Source of the DNA: Octopus bimaculoides
Taxonomy: Eukaryota
Direction: 5' to 3'
NCBI RefSeq assembly: GCF_001194135.2
Contig: NC_069007.1
Span: 19,368,204 to 19,404,668 of the forward strand
Length of the DNA stretch: 36,465 bases
Positions 11,995-23,627 of the stretch are shown here, piece after piece. Under the pieces are notes generated by a model. That model made no database searches. It was not told the DNA's origin and saw only the letters and a list, made by a program, of their open reading frames with translations. The position numbers were made by a program, and so were the translations under genes. Each line of letters starts with the position of its first letter. Position 1 is the first letter of the stretch.

Positions 11995-12368
11995 ATTAAC
12001 GTTACTAGATAAATATTCATTCTCAAAGTTTGTTCAAATTCCAAATACGTATATGTTCCAGAACTATTTCAACACGGAGGACCAGGTTTGGCCAAGCTAA
12101 TTATTTAAAGATATTTGTTTCCTCATTCGCGAATTTCAATGAATATCTTCTGATGTTAATATGGTTTACTAATATTTATATGACTGAATGTTTAAATATT
12201 TTTAGAAAATTCCCTTTGAATGTCTGTTTTAATACATAGTTTCGTATTTTCATATATCCGGCATTAAGCACAATGTTTTATTCATGAAAATTAGGTTTCT
12301 GCATGAAATTTACGCTTTTCCCAAGTTCGTTAAATAAAACAAACAGAGACACATAGGGGTATGCATAC

Positions 12369-12369
<1 letters not shown>

Positions 12370-12425
<56 letters not shown>

Positions 12426-12427
12426 CT

Positions 12428-12458
<31 letters not shown>

Positions 12459-12470
12459 ATCTATCTACCT
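12370..12470. repeat. (ATCT)n tetranucleotide microsatellite
   Basis: Read directly. Confidence 0.95.
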
Positions 12471-12807
12471 AGCTAGCTAGCTACAGACACGCATACACAT
12501 TTACATAAATGTATGTATGTATTTTTATCCATACAAACATACACACTCACACACACCCGATGTACACACACGCACACGCACATATGTGTGTATATATATG
12601 TGTGTGGGTGTATATAGATGTATGTATACGGATATACATATATATATATATATATATATTTCGATTCTATAGAAAGCAAAAGACGGAGACAGGTGAGGCG
12701 ACAACAAGCAGATGCATTAGTTTTATGCCCGGGAAGAACAGAAATATCTTTGACGCTTCGAGCCTTTATATATATATAAAGTGATAGTATGTTGTCAATT
12801 TAATGTG

Positions 12808-12897
12808 ATGGTCCCATGAAAGGGAAGAATGCTACTGCTATTTAGCCCTAGGAAACAGCGTTTCCTGTTGGCCTTGACAGATTTCCTGTGTCCTTAT
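12808..12897 (+). repeat. Dispersed repeat family G fragment
   Basis: atgctactgctatttagccctagga..tgtgtcctt resembles the reverse complements of 29372-29455 and 22322-22364. Confidence 0.55.
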
Positions 12898-13189
12898 GCT
12901 TTATGTTTTTACGTACACCCACACACAATTGCAACTCTCACAGTGGATTAAATGGTTAAAACGCTAATCTACGAAGTAATGCAGTGAGATTGAACTCAGG
13001 ATCTCGCGATTGGATGTAGTTATGACTGAATGGTTACTTAAGAAATTTATGACTGAGTCTGTTATACTTTCGTCTCCTCCAGTTTGCAACTTGCGTTTAA
13101 ATGAAAAAAAAAAAAAATGGCGGATGGTGACGGCTGTTTTAGATTTGATGATTTGTCTGTCTGCTGCAGCAGATCGGAGCAGCAGATAA

Positions 13190-13760
13190 GCAATAACAAC
13201 GATGATGACAGAGGCGATGATGATGATGATGATGATGATGAAGGTGCAGCGATGACAACGATAGCAACAACAAAGTCAATGAGGATAACAACGATCTAGA
13301 AAGAACAGCGATAACCGCAGCAGAGATGACAGGAACAACAACAACAGCAGCAGCAGCAGCAGTAGTAGTAGTAGCAGTAGCGGTGGCAGCAACGATTGTA
13401 ATAACAACCACTTCAGTAAAAATAGTAACAATGACAACAACAGGAATAACAACAACAGCAAAAACAACGGCAGCAGATGTGTCGGCAACATCAGCTACAA
13501 CCATGTCAACAGCAACAACAGCAGTGACCACAACGACGACGAGAACAACAACAACAACAAACAACAACAACAACACCAACAACGGTCGCGGTAACAACAA
13601 ACACGACCGAAACAACAACAACAACAACAGTAGCACTAAAACCAGCAGCAACACCGAGGAACGAGACTACAACATCCACGATAGTACCAACAGCAACACC
13701 ATCAACATCGATAGCGACAGCAGCAGCAGCAACAACAACAGTGGTAACAACTACAGCAAC
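13190..13760. repeat. Mosaic trinucleotide low-complexity tract (GAT/AAC/CAG/GTA)
   Basis: Interleaved short runs of different triplets; open frames on both strands are expected from the composition. Confidence 0.85.
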
Positions 13761-14529
13761 ACGAATGGCTGGTCATTATTTTACAAATGGCGGAAGGATG
13801 AAAAGCAAGTTGAGTAGAATAGAAAGAAGCTGTCCATCGATCTTTTCCTCTTCCTGTCTTATTCTTTGATGATTTTTACCATTCTTAGCTTCTTACAGCT
13901 TCTCTTTTAACTGATTAAGCATACTTAGCACCTTTTACAGGATAAATGGCTCTCGAGAATGGCGAACGATGCTGTGACATACCACCCACATGATCAATAA
14001 GCATTTCTTTTTTCTCTCTCTAGATATTTTAAGATTTTAAGACGTGTGTCCTTCCAAACGTGGATGTTACACTAATAATGTACAACGATATATTCTTTTC
14101 TGTTTGACCCATAGAGGTTTTAAAATTTGATAATGTGTGTCCTAACGAAGCTAATGTATTTCGACGCTGATTAAATGAGTGATGGGGACAGGAAACTGAA
14201 ATGGATGCTAGAATTGTAAGTGCCAGCAAAGTAATAGATCAACTCCAATATTCGATTCTCAGAGGAGAAGAGGTTGGCAAAAATGTCAAACTTGCAAACT
14301 TCAATTCAGTTTTCTAAGCCTTTGCTTCTTGCTGTCCTTACCGCTTACAAGTTTGCTTCAATGGAATGGCCTTCCTACTGCTGTTGTATAACGGTTAGAT
14401 CACTTCAGCTCGCTTTCAAACCATTCCTGTAACTTCACCCATTTAGTAGTCAGTGTCGCATTCAGCACACTGAATCATATATACGTACACATTGGTGTAC
14501 TCACACACACACACCGAGAGTTCTTTTAT

Positions 14530-14785
14530 GGCGTTGTGTCCTTGAGCAAGACACTTTATTCCACGCTTCTCCAGTTCACTCAGTTGGCAAAAATGAGTAG
14601 TAACTGTATTTGAAAAGATTGGCCTTGTCACATTCTGTGTCACACTGAATCTCCCCGAGAAGTACAAAAAAACAAATATGCATGTCTATAGAGTGCTCAA
14701 CAACTTGCACGTTAATTTCACGAACAGTCTGTTCCGTTGATCTGATCAATTGGAGCTTTCGTCGTCGTCGTAAGCGACGGAGTGC
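14530..14785 (+). mobile_element. CORE-type SINE body with family D-type tail (headless, internally deleted)
   Basis: gttgtgtccttgagcaagacacttt..cactcagttg matches the reverse complement of 31697-31752. The tail ccttgtcaca..ccccgagaa..cttgcacgttaatttca..gtcgtaagcgacggagtgc matches 21987-22140. Confidence 0.85.
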
Positions 14786-14929
14786 TAGTCAAATAGAAGC
14801 AAAGATTTGAATAATTCGACTTCGGGTTTCACCATTCGGTTGGCAACAAAACAATTAATGGAGGTAACTCAAAAATAAACCCATTGGACAGAAGGATAGC
14901 TAGGAGATAGATTAAATCCATTTTACTAC

Positions 14930-15090
14930 AAACACGAGGCCTGAAATTGTGGGCGGGAAGCTAGTCGTTTACATTGATACCAGTATTTAATTTATCGATC
15001 TCGATTGAATGAAATGCAAAGTCAAGCTCGGTGGAATATGATCTCAGAACGTAAAAACGGACGAAATGCCGATAAGAATTTTTCTGGGTA
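14930..15090 (-). mobile_element. SINE family C copy (degenerate)
   Basis: aggcctgaaatt..tttatcgatc..aaagtcaagctcggtggaa..ctcagaacgtaaa is the reverse complement of the family C pattern. Confidence 0.75.
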
Positions 15091-15649
15091 TGTTAACAAT
15101 TCAACCCGCCCGAGGCCTTAAAAGAAATAAATCATATATATACAAATCATGCGACCTTCCGATACTGCTTTACAATAAAATCTTTAGAGACCTCAGATAG
15201 TTTATGTAAAAGAAAGAGTAATGTTTTCAGCACAGAAAATGACAATCATCAACTTGGTCACGACAGGACAAGTTAATAAAATGGATAATAAAAATGATTT
15301 GATAATGGCTAACTTTGGTAAAACAGGATACGGTTTAGTGAACAGGAGACGATTTAAGCAAACTACAAGCGGAGACAGGACAACTAAAATATCATTCTGT
15401 TACGAAAGAAACAATATACACCACACCGTGTATCGAATAATAAATCTTCTAGTTTTTTACTGATATGCTGTAATATTTGACTGCACCGATATGTAATCTG
15501 TTGTATAGATATAGATATATGTGCATATATCAGCACTTACGTCCGTGCCATTACGTAGTTGCCTTTGGTGTGTTTACTTGCGCCGGAATCGATTTTATAT
15601 GGAATCAAAACTTCAAATGTTCTGACTGGATCTCTCAATAAAAGCAAAT

Positions 15650-15858
15650 TAGGCACACATAAACAAACACTCACACACACATACACACATACACACACAA
15701 ACTGACACACGTACACGTACACATGCAAATACAGATATATCTGCATATGAGTGTGTGTATATATATATGTGTATGTATATATATATATACATATATATAT
15801 ATATACATATATACGTNNNNNNNNNNTATATAAATACATATATATATATATATATAAT

Positions 15859-15922
<64 letters not shown>

Positions 15923-16050
15923 CGATGCGATTAAATACATACATATGCATGTATGCGTGTGTGTGTGTGTGTGTGTGTTCGTGAATGTTTGTGTTAGTGA
16001 GTGAATGTGTTGTGTGGTTATACGCATACGCGGGCGCGCGGGTGTGTATG
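15650..16050. repeat. Compound (CA)n/(TA)n/(TG)n microsatellite region
   Basis: Read directly. Confidence 0.9.
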
Positions 16051-16641
16051 TCTATTGAATACATATGCTTCAATGAATGTGTGTGTATTTTAATGGCGTT
16101 AATGGCTATACATACAATCGTAGCGATGTAACGATATGGAACAATCTTGAAAAACCCAGACCAAATATCGTTACTTCTCTTTCAAATTTAATGTTATATT
16201 CAGTCTCATCTAATTTGCTCTCACCTTCGTCTTTCACTATAATCTTCCACTTACAATTCCTCCTCTTCCTCCTCCACCTTTCTCTCTTTATCCCTCCTAT
16301 TCCCCTGCTACTCTTCTTCTTCTATTTCTCCCTCGTTCTAATAATCGTCATAATCTTCATCGCTGATGTCGGTGTTGTTCTTTCTCTTAAAATAAAATCT
16401 CTCTTTCTTTTCTGTTTTATATGATATTATTTCAGAATGTAAAAGAAACAGAAAAATTGAAATTAATGAATAAATAAAACACACAAGCAAATAATACCAG
16501 CTAAAGCATAAAAAAAAAAAATATAAATAAGTACTAAATTAGTTGAAACAATAAATCTCTGAATTTTTTTTTTTCATATTTATTTTATTGCGGTTTTAGA
16601 ATCGAAAGCTACATTTCCTTAACCAGACACACAAAGTGATA

Positions 16642-16705
16642 TCTTCTTCTTCTTCTTCTTCTTCTTCTTCTTCTTCTTCTTCTTCTTCTTCTTCTTCTTC
16701 TTCTT
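16642..16705. repeat. (TTC)n microsatellite running into a gap
   Basis: Read directly. Confidence 0.95.
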
Positions 16706-17579
16706 NNNNNNNNNNNNNNNNNNNNNNNNNNNNNNNNNNNNNNNNNNNNNNNNNNNNNNNNNNNNNNNNNNNNNNNNNNNNNNNNNNNNNNNNNNNNNNN
16801 NNNNNNNNNNNNNNNNNNNNNNNNNNNNNNNNNNNNNNNNNNNNNNNNNNNNNNNNNNNNNNNNNNNNNNNNNNNNNNNNNNNNNNNNNNNNNNNNNNNN
16901 NNNNNNNNNNNNNNNNNNNNNNNNNNNNNNNNNNNNNNNNNNNNNNNNNNNNNNNNNNNNNNNNNNNNNNNNNNNNNNNNNNNNNNNNNNNNNNNNNNNN
17001 NNNNNNNNNNNNNNNNNNNNNNNNNNNNNNNNNNNNNNNNNNNNNNNNNNNNNNNNNNNNNNNNNNNNNNNNNNNNNNNNNNNNNNNNNNNNAATTTTTG
17101 TTTTCTCTGTCATTTCGTTTGAATTGTTTGAAAAAAAATTAAGAGGTTTCTTGTTAATCGTTCAAGCTTTGGCAAATAAAAAATCAAAACATGATTGCAT
17201 TTTTTTTTTTTAATAATGTTCGTTAGCTGAATTTTAACATCGATGAGAAACGCTTTCTTTTCATTGAAGATTTGACAGCTAAAAAAAAAAGAAAGGCCAG
17301 CAAAAAATGGTGGAAAATGTTAAACAGATCACACACATAGCTTACAAAAATAGTGATATTTATAATTATTTTTACACAAATGATGGCGTATTTGATGACT
17401 CAATAATGATAAAGACCTCAACAACACACGTATTATCACACAAAACTTTACTAACGTCTTTTCTTTGTTTCCAGAATCTTGTCAGAGAGTTTAATAAATG
17501 AATAACTTAGAGTGACATACATTAATGTAAAGCTCTTTAGTTTATTAAGTTTAGAAGTAACACAGAGCAACTATATTAA

Positions 17580-17615
17580 TAAGAGGTGCATCTCAGAAAA
17601 TTTGAGACATTTTTT
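17580..17615. mobile_element. Possible decayed mariner terminal inverted repeat
   Basis: TAAGAGGTGCATCTCAGAAAATTTGAGACATTTTTT resembles mariner ends (TA-CGAGG.....AAAAGT....GAC.TTTT) and lies about 150 bp past the transposase end; no partner TIR is visible. Confidence 0.35.
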
Positions 17616-17739
17616 TCTTCAGGAGAGACATTAATTAATTTTAAAGGACTACAGCTCTCTAATCATGTTTAAAATAATTAGATGTTCGTATATGAAATGT
17701 CGTAATTTTCAATGCTGGTTCTGAATTCTATGGAAAATC

Positions 17740-18022
17740 TATAGAGATGGACTTAAAAATTTCAAAATAGGATCGTCTGACTTCAATGCACTTGTTGTAG
17801 CGCACCAAACACTTTGTGAAGGCCCAATGGAAGTCCTCTAAAGAGGAAGTGTCCAGTACCCTCATCAGAGACTGCTTCATATTCTCAACATCCTTAGAAC
17901 GATTGCCCTTCAGGTTCTTCTTGAGTTTGGAGACAACAGCCAAAAGTCACAGAAAGCAAGGTCTGGACTGTAGGGAAGGTGAGGCACAATTTAGGTGCCC
18001 ATCTCAGTCAAGCACTTGGTTT
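17740..18022 (-). pseudogene. mariner (DD34D) transposase C-terminal relic
   Basis: Minus strand reads TKCLTEMGT*IVPHLPYSPDLAFCDFWL, then after a frameshift SKLKKNLKGNRSKDVENMKQSLMRVLDTSSLEDFHWAFTKCLVRYNKCIEVRRSYFE. It contains the mariner YSPDLAPxD motif and the conserved C-terminal KCIE.xG.YFE pattern. Confidence 0.92.
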
Positions 18023-18060
18023 CCAGTGTCGAAATGTGACAAGCTGAGTTTAGTAGAGTG

Positions 18061-18108
18061 TGTTAAAGCCGTCTCCTTCAACCTTGTTAAAGCCGTCTCC
18101 TTTAACCT
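18061..18108. repeat. 24-bp tandem duplication
   Basis: TGTTAAAGCCGTCTCCTT(C/T)AACCT twice, one mismatch. Confidence 0.95.
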
Positions 18109-19129
18109 GGAATAAAAAGACTTGGCAGGTCAGCTTATTAGATATATAGTAATGATATACTAAAGTTACAGTTATTTAGGACAGATGTAACTGGATTTCC
18201 TAAAAAGGGCACAAAACTTCTGAAATGCACATCGTGTGTTGTTTCCCATATGAGGTACATTCCAGAAGCTGCTTTCCAAATGTCCTACTAATTAAAGCTT
18301 CGGAAAAGGCGGTTAGGTCACGTCGTCGCCGATCCTAGAGGCGAACACTTAAAAGCCGGAATTGGACTATTGGGCGCAGCTGTTTAGACGCTGAAATTGC
18401 ATAGTCGTGTGGCGTTCGTATAGTCGCGTGACGTTTTAAAAGACCTATCTTATGCTAAATACATTTATCTTCTACAATGCCATATCCTGTTATCGAAAGA
18501 AAATAATAAAGACCATGGCGGACAATTATTATAAGATTTAACTTTAAAAAAACTATTTATTATTTAGAAATCAAAATGTTTGTCAATTATTTTAAATGTT
18601 GAAATTGGAAACTATCTAATACTGCAATTTATAATGAACATTCAGTTATCATAATTGCTAATGAAAAAAAAAACTTTAGATTTAAAATTTTATATACTAA
18701 ATTTTATAGAGATTTTAAAAATATTCTACCATGAAAAGAAACATAATTATAATAATGTTCAAATATTGATTTTGACTTGGGAAAAATTCTAAGAAACTTC
18801 AATTAAAAACGTTTCATTCTCAAGTACAAAAATATAAATAATATCTGTTGGGAAATTATTATCCGTTGTCTATACCTGTTCGAAAAGTTAATTAAGAGAG
18901 CACATTGATTTACACGTGTAATAATGAGTCGGTATGAAATATTTTTGTTCTAATTTAATGAATTTACACTGCCAACGGAAACAAGGTAGTGCATGTGTAG
19001 AGTTGTTAGTGCGTCGAACAAATATTTTTTAATGTCGAGAGAGCGTGAGATAATTAGTGTTTTTTTAATAATTAGTTGTTTTTTTTGGTTGATTGAACTC
19101 GATGTAACAAAAGCTATCATGATAGTGTA

Positions 19130-19540
19130 CTCTTTTACTCTTTTACTTGTTTCAGTCATTTGACTGCGGCCATGCTGGAGCACCGCCTTTAGTCGAGCAA
19201 ATCGACCCCAGGACTTGTTCTTTGTAAGCCTGGTACTTATTCAATCGATCTCCTTTTGCCGAACCGCTAAGTTACGGGGACGTAAACACATCAGCATCGG
19301 TTGTCAAGCGATGGTGGGGGGACAAACACAGACATACAAACGCACATACATATATACACACATATATATACATATATACGACGGGCTTCTTTCAGTTTCC
19401 GTCTACCAAATCCACTCACAAGGCTTTGGTCGGCCCGAGGCTATAATAGAAGACACTTGCCCAAGGTGCAACGCAGTGGGACTGAACCCGTAACCATGTG
19501 GTTTGTAAGCAAGTTACTTACCACACAGCCACATCTGTGC
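19130..19540 (-). mobile_element. Full-length tRNA-derived SINE (family A/B, ~400 bp)
   Basis: Minus strand has a head with A-box GTGGCTGTGTGG and B-box GGTTCAGTCCC, a CORE-like ccttgggcaagtgtcttct segment, an internal TA/CA spacer (19331-19380), a conserved 3' half and an (AAAAGAGT)n tail. Confidence 0.93.
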
Positions 19541-19585
19541 CTATACACACACACACACACACACACACATCTGATACACATAATT

Positions 19586-19769
19586 CACGTAAAAGTACCC
19601 ACTACACTCTCTGAGTGGTTGGCGTTAGGAAGGGCATCCAGCTGTAGAAACTCTGCCAAATCAGACTGGAGCCTGGTGTAGCCATCTGGTTCACCAGTCC
19701 TCAGTCAAATCGTCCAACCCATGCTAGCATGGAAAGCGGACGTCAAACGACGATGATGATGATGATGAT
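19586..19769 (+). mobile_element. 5'-truncated retroposon (SINE/LINE 3' end) with (GAT)n tail, family E
   Basis: ggcgttaggaagggcatccagctgtagaaa..caacccatgctagcatggaaagcggacg followed by (GAT)6. Short tandem-repeat tails are typical of RTE/L2/CR1-mobilised elements. Single copy here; recognised from recall. Confidence 0.7.
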
Positions 19770-20546
19770 ACCCACACAGTGAGCATTCAATTATACACAA
19801 ACACATTATTCACATACATACATACACACATACACACACACATACATACATACATGCATACATACATACATACATACATACACACACTCTGTCTCTACTC
19901 TGCCTTCTGCTTCCCTATCTCTTTTATGTTGTTCTCTGTCATTACTCTGTCCTTCTCTCTCTCTCTCCCTCTCCCTCTCCCTCCCCCACTCCCTCTCTCC
20001 CACTGCTTTGTCTTTAAAAGCAAATCCCTCTAAAAGAGATAACCCAAAAGACAACAACTTAAACCTCCGCAAAAAGCAAAAGAACTTCAATGAAAATATA
20101 TATTTTTTCCTTCAGTTTTTTTTTTCCTGGTGTTGTCTCTTTTCCAGCATCTGTTAAGTAATTTGTCTTTTTTATTATCTAATAACGTTTTAGGCTTAGC
20201 ATTTCTATTTCTCTCATCAGATATCCCGCTTCATTGATCTCTTATCGCTTCTATCTGTCTCCAGTTCACCATTTAACTAATCGATACCTTCATTGATGCT
20301 ATCCATTCGGTAAGAAAACAACCACCTGTGGAATGGTAATCAATTGGAAGCTTTGATCCAAATATTCTTCACAGATAATTAATGATATAACGTCTGGAGC
20401 GGCTTATGTCTCATTTAGAACAATAGTAACTTCTTCTTGTAAATAAATAAACGTCTACAGGGAAACCAAATAGAATGCAACACTACGTAGTAGTTTCACG
20501 CAAGAATATAGCTCGCAGAAAGTGCGTGTGTGTGTTTGTGTGTGTA

Positions 20547-20600
<54 letters not shown>

Positions 20601-20602
<2 letters not shown>

Positions 20603-20781
20603 GGAGTAAGCACATAAATGTGAAAAAAGGAGGAAAAAAGAGTACTCAAGTACCGGAGGTAGAGTAATATACTTTATTTAAAAGCAGCAGAAATATAACA
20701 AAAGCTGTTACTCGGAGTTTCACGTTCTCATTCGTCGGACAGGTTTTGTTAAAAGAAAAAAAAAACCTGTCCAACGAACGG
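20601..20781 (-). mobile_element. Penelope-type pseudo-LTR-like repeat with minimal hammerhead fold and a truncated inverted second copy
   Basis: Minus strand 20742-20705 reads CTGT-[CCGACGA]-ATG agaa CGT-[GAA]-ACTC c GAGT-A-ACAG. Inverted repeat 20731-20743 versus 20766-20778 (12/13). Confidence 0.6.
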
Positions 20782-21615
20782 ATGTATATATGTATGGATG
20801 GATGGATGGATGGATGGATGGATTTGAAGAAAAAGTTTCTTAAAAATCGTTAAGTATTTAAAAAATAATGAGAAAATAAAATGACACGAACCTTTTGGAA
20901 GGTGATTTTTCTATCGTCTGTGTAAGCGCTTTCGCTGTTAAATTTTTTCAAAGGCACGTTATACATATATGCGTACACATGTATGTGTGTGTGTGTGTAT
21001 GTATGTATGAATGTGCATGTGTGTGTATTTGTGTGCATGTGTGTGTATGTATGTGTGCTTACGTGTTCTTTTGTGTTTGTGAATGTTTTGTTTGTGTATT
21101 TATGCGTTTATCTAAGCTTTATGGAGTGCACACGATGCTTTAGATTTCGTTAATGGTGTGTAGTATTTCTTCTCCCATGGATTATATAAATCTGAGTCCA
21201 GCATAAAATTCATTTTTATTTCTGCTAATTTTCCATTTCGCGTGGAATCGAATTCCTATATGATTACATAGTTGTAGTTTATTAGTTTATTGATTTTGAG
21301 AATCTTTCTCAAGAACCGTCAAATTTGATGTTTGCCAAGAATGAGTCATTGATATACAACCGTAACCAAATTTACAAAGAAAAATAATTAAATAAGTAAA
21401 AAAAAAAACTTTAAAAAATAGCAATAAATACGCAGAAAATCATTGTTGCAATGTAAGGAAAATATAAGCATTAAATAAATGTACAGCAAATAGACTTAGA
21501 CAAACTTAGATATGTTTCTGTAAAAAACTAGTTCAGTCCATGTCTAACGTAATAACAACCTCTGAGAGGATCTCTTAAGCAATTTCAAAGTCAAATTTTG
21601 TGTTATCATGGCCTA

Positions 21616-22306
21616 TTCAAGTATGGAGATGTTGTTGACTGATGTATGCAAATATTGCTAGTTTGCCTGTTATCCCATGAAAAAAAATGGCGCAGATATC
21701 ATTTGAAAGTAATGAGTTCGTTTTCTATTTTGATTTGTTTAGGGATAATGTAAAATAGAGCAGTGGAGGCGCAATGGCCCAGTGGTTAGGGCAGCGGACT
21801 CGCGGTCATAGGATGGCGGTTTCAATTCCCAGACCGGGCGTTGTGAGTGTTTATTAAGCGAAAATACCTAAAGCTCCTCGAGGCTCTGGCAGGTGATGGT
21901 GGCGAACCCTGCTGTACTCTTTCACCACAACTTTCCCTCACTCTTACTTCCTGTTTCTGTTGTGCCTGTAATTCAAAGGGGTCAGCCTTGTCACACTGTG
22001 TCACGCTGAATATCCCCGAGAACTACGTTAAGGGTACACATGTCTGTGGAATGCTCAGCCACTTGCACGTTAATTTCATGAGCAGGCTGTTTCGTTGATC
22101 GGATCAACTGGAACCCTCGACGTCGTAAGCGACGGAGTGCCAACAACAACAACAACAATTCGAGTATGGAGTTGTTGCTTACTGGTGTATGCAGATATTG
22201 GTGGTTTGCCTGGTATCATACGAAAAAAAAATGGTGCAGATATCATTTGAAAGTAATGAGTTCGTTTTCTGTTTTGATTTGTTTAGGGATAACGTAAAAC
22301 AGAGCA
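21616..22306 (+). repeat. ~147-bp imperfect direct repeat (21616-21762 and 22159-22306) exactly flanking the SINE
   Basis: Hand alignment gives 16 substitutions and 1 indel (about 89% identity). Confidence 0.92.
21763..22158 (+). mobile_element. Full-length tRNA-derived SINE (family D) with (CAA)n tail
   Basis: A-box TGGCCCAGTGG (21775-21785), B-box-like GGTTTCAATTCC (21818-21829), tail shared with 14620-14785, ends in (CAA)6. Confidence 0.92.
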
Positions 22307-22321
22307 AAGCCTGTTCGAAAA

Positions 22322-22364
22322 TATAAGGACACAGATCGTGTCATATAGCCAGCTGGAGACGATG
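22322..22364 (-). repeat. Dispersed repeat family G fragment
   Basis: ggacacagatcgtgtcatatagccagctggagacgatg versus ggacacagtcgtgtgtcgataagccagctggaggagatg at 29375-29413. Confidence 0.7.
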
Positions 22365-22868
22365 ATAATTTAACTACGATTTGCTTTGTTTATGCATTGT
22401 TTTATGTAGGTTGCCACGGTTGGAGACACTTAAAAAAAAATTGCACAATGGTGTTAAATTTGAAATCGTGGAGTTGCGAAGGATATTTGTTAGCCTCGAT
22501 TTACCTTTTGCTTAAGATCCACCTGCTTTGGTTCAGTGCATTGGGCAACAAGCTTCCTCCGTAAGGTCTGGTCGCTTTGCTACTCATGCACATCTGTTTC
22601 ATGCAATGATGACTATCTTCAAGTCATCTTCAAATGTCCATTAGCTCCAAATGATCTTCTGTCTGCTCCTTTCCCCTGCTAAAGCCTAAAACATGGCTGT
22701 TTTCGAGTGCAACGCATCCATGCAAAAAATATCGTTTTTGTTTCTTTCATTTTATCCAATAATGATATATACGAACATCGTCGAAGTATAATTTACACAA
22801 CCTAATTTAAAATATAATCAGCATCGTATTACAATCATATAATCGAATTCCAGAGAGAGTATATATTG

Positions 22869-22911
<43 letters not shown>

Positions 22912-23047
22912 TACACGCACATGTACACAGAAAAACAAACTTATATATACACACATGCGTATACATAAACATATATATATGTATACGCTTATATGCGTGT
23001 ATTTATATATATATCATCTAATATATATGTATACATATATACTGGCA

Positions 23048-23160
<113 letters not shown>

Positions 23161-23627
23161 GACTATTTTTAAAGAATTTTTGTAATATGTGTGTATATGT
23201 GGGGTGGGGAATATATAATATGCTTGTATTATCACGTGTCAAAACACCGTCGCAAAATCTCAGCTATAATATTCTTAATCTTGTAGAGAGAATCCAATTA
23301 GAATTTCAACCAGATATTAGAATATTCACCATTTTCAATTTACGCTTAAATCTATATCCTTCAAAAATATCTTATTGTATGAAAAATAAACATGTAGCAA
23401 TAAAGAATGTTGCATCATATTTGTCGTAAAAATTACATTGGAATCAGTTTGGGAGACAGAAAATAACAGGATGAAGGAAATCAAATTCACATTTCGTATT
23501 TTGTACATATATTTATTCCTTTCTGGTACTTCGTCTGTATCTGTGAGCGCGCGTGTATATGTATAAAGTAATACATATGAATATATTTGTCTATAAATAA
23601 ATATATTGTATGTATGTATATATTGAT

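Noticed and set aside
13139-13817. Mucin-like Thr/Asn-rich ORF (13326-13817) and antisense Val/Leu-rich ORFs
   Set aside because: Mosaic triplet low complexity opens frames on both strands. Similar tracts occur at 34990-35120 and 36170-36393, and there is no domain or clear splice context.
18396-18405. TTGCATAGTC resembling the 5' end of miR-153 (and TGGAATGTAA near 3353 resembling miR-1)
   Set aside because: The match ends after about 10 nt and I see no precursor hairpin.
18480-18900. Very AT-rich stretch considered as a NUMT or viral relic
   Set aside because: No recognisable mitochondrial or viral peptide in any frame read by eye; frequent stops.
20205-20225. CTGATGA on the minus strand (also plus-strand CTGATGA near 4826 and CTGAAGA near 11134)
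   Set aside because: No stem II or correctly placed GAAA/UH follows, so these are not hammerheads.
20265-20309. 45-nt exon with strong acceptor (CTGTCTCCAG) and donor (TCG|GTAAGA)
   Set aside because: Stop codons in all three frames; it could only be non-coding, and there is no other support.
21765-21840. tRNA gene (also 10256-10329, 11501-11555, 34633-34712)
   Set aside because: A and B boxes are present, but there is no acceptor stem or canonical anticodon arm, and the sequence continues into a SINE body.
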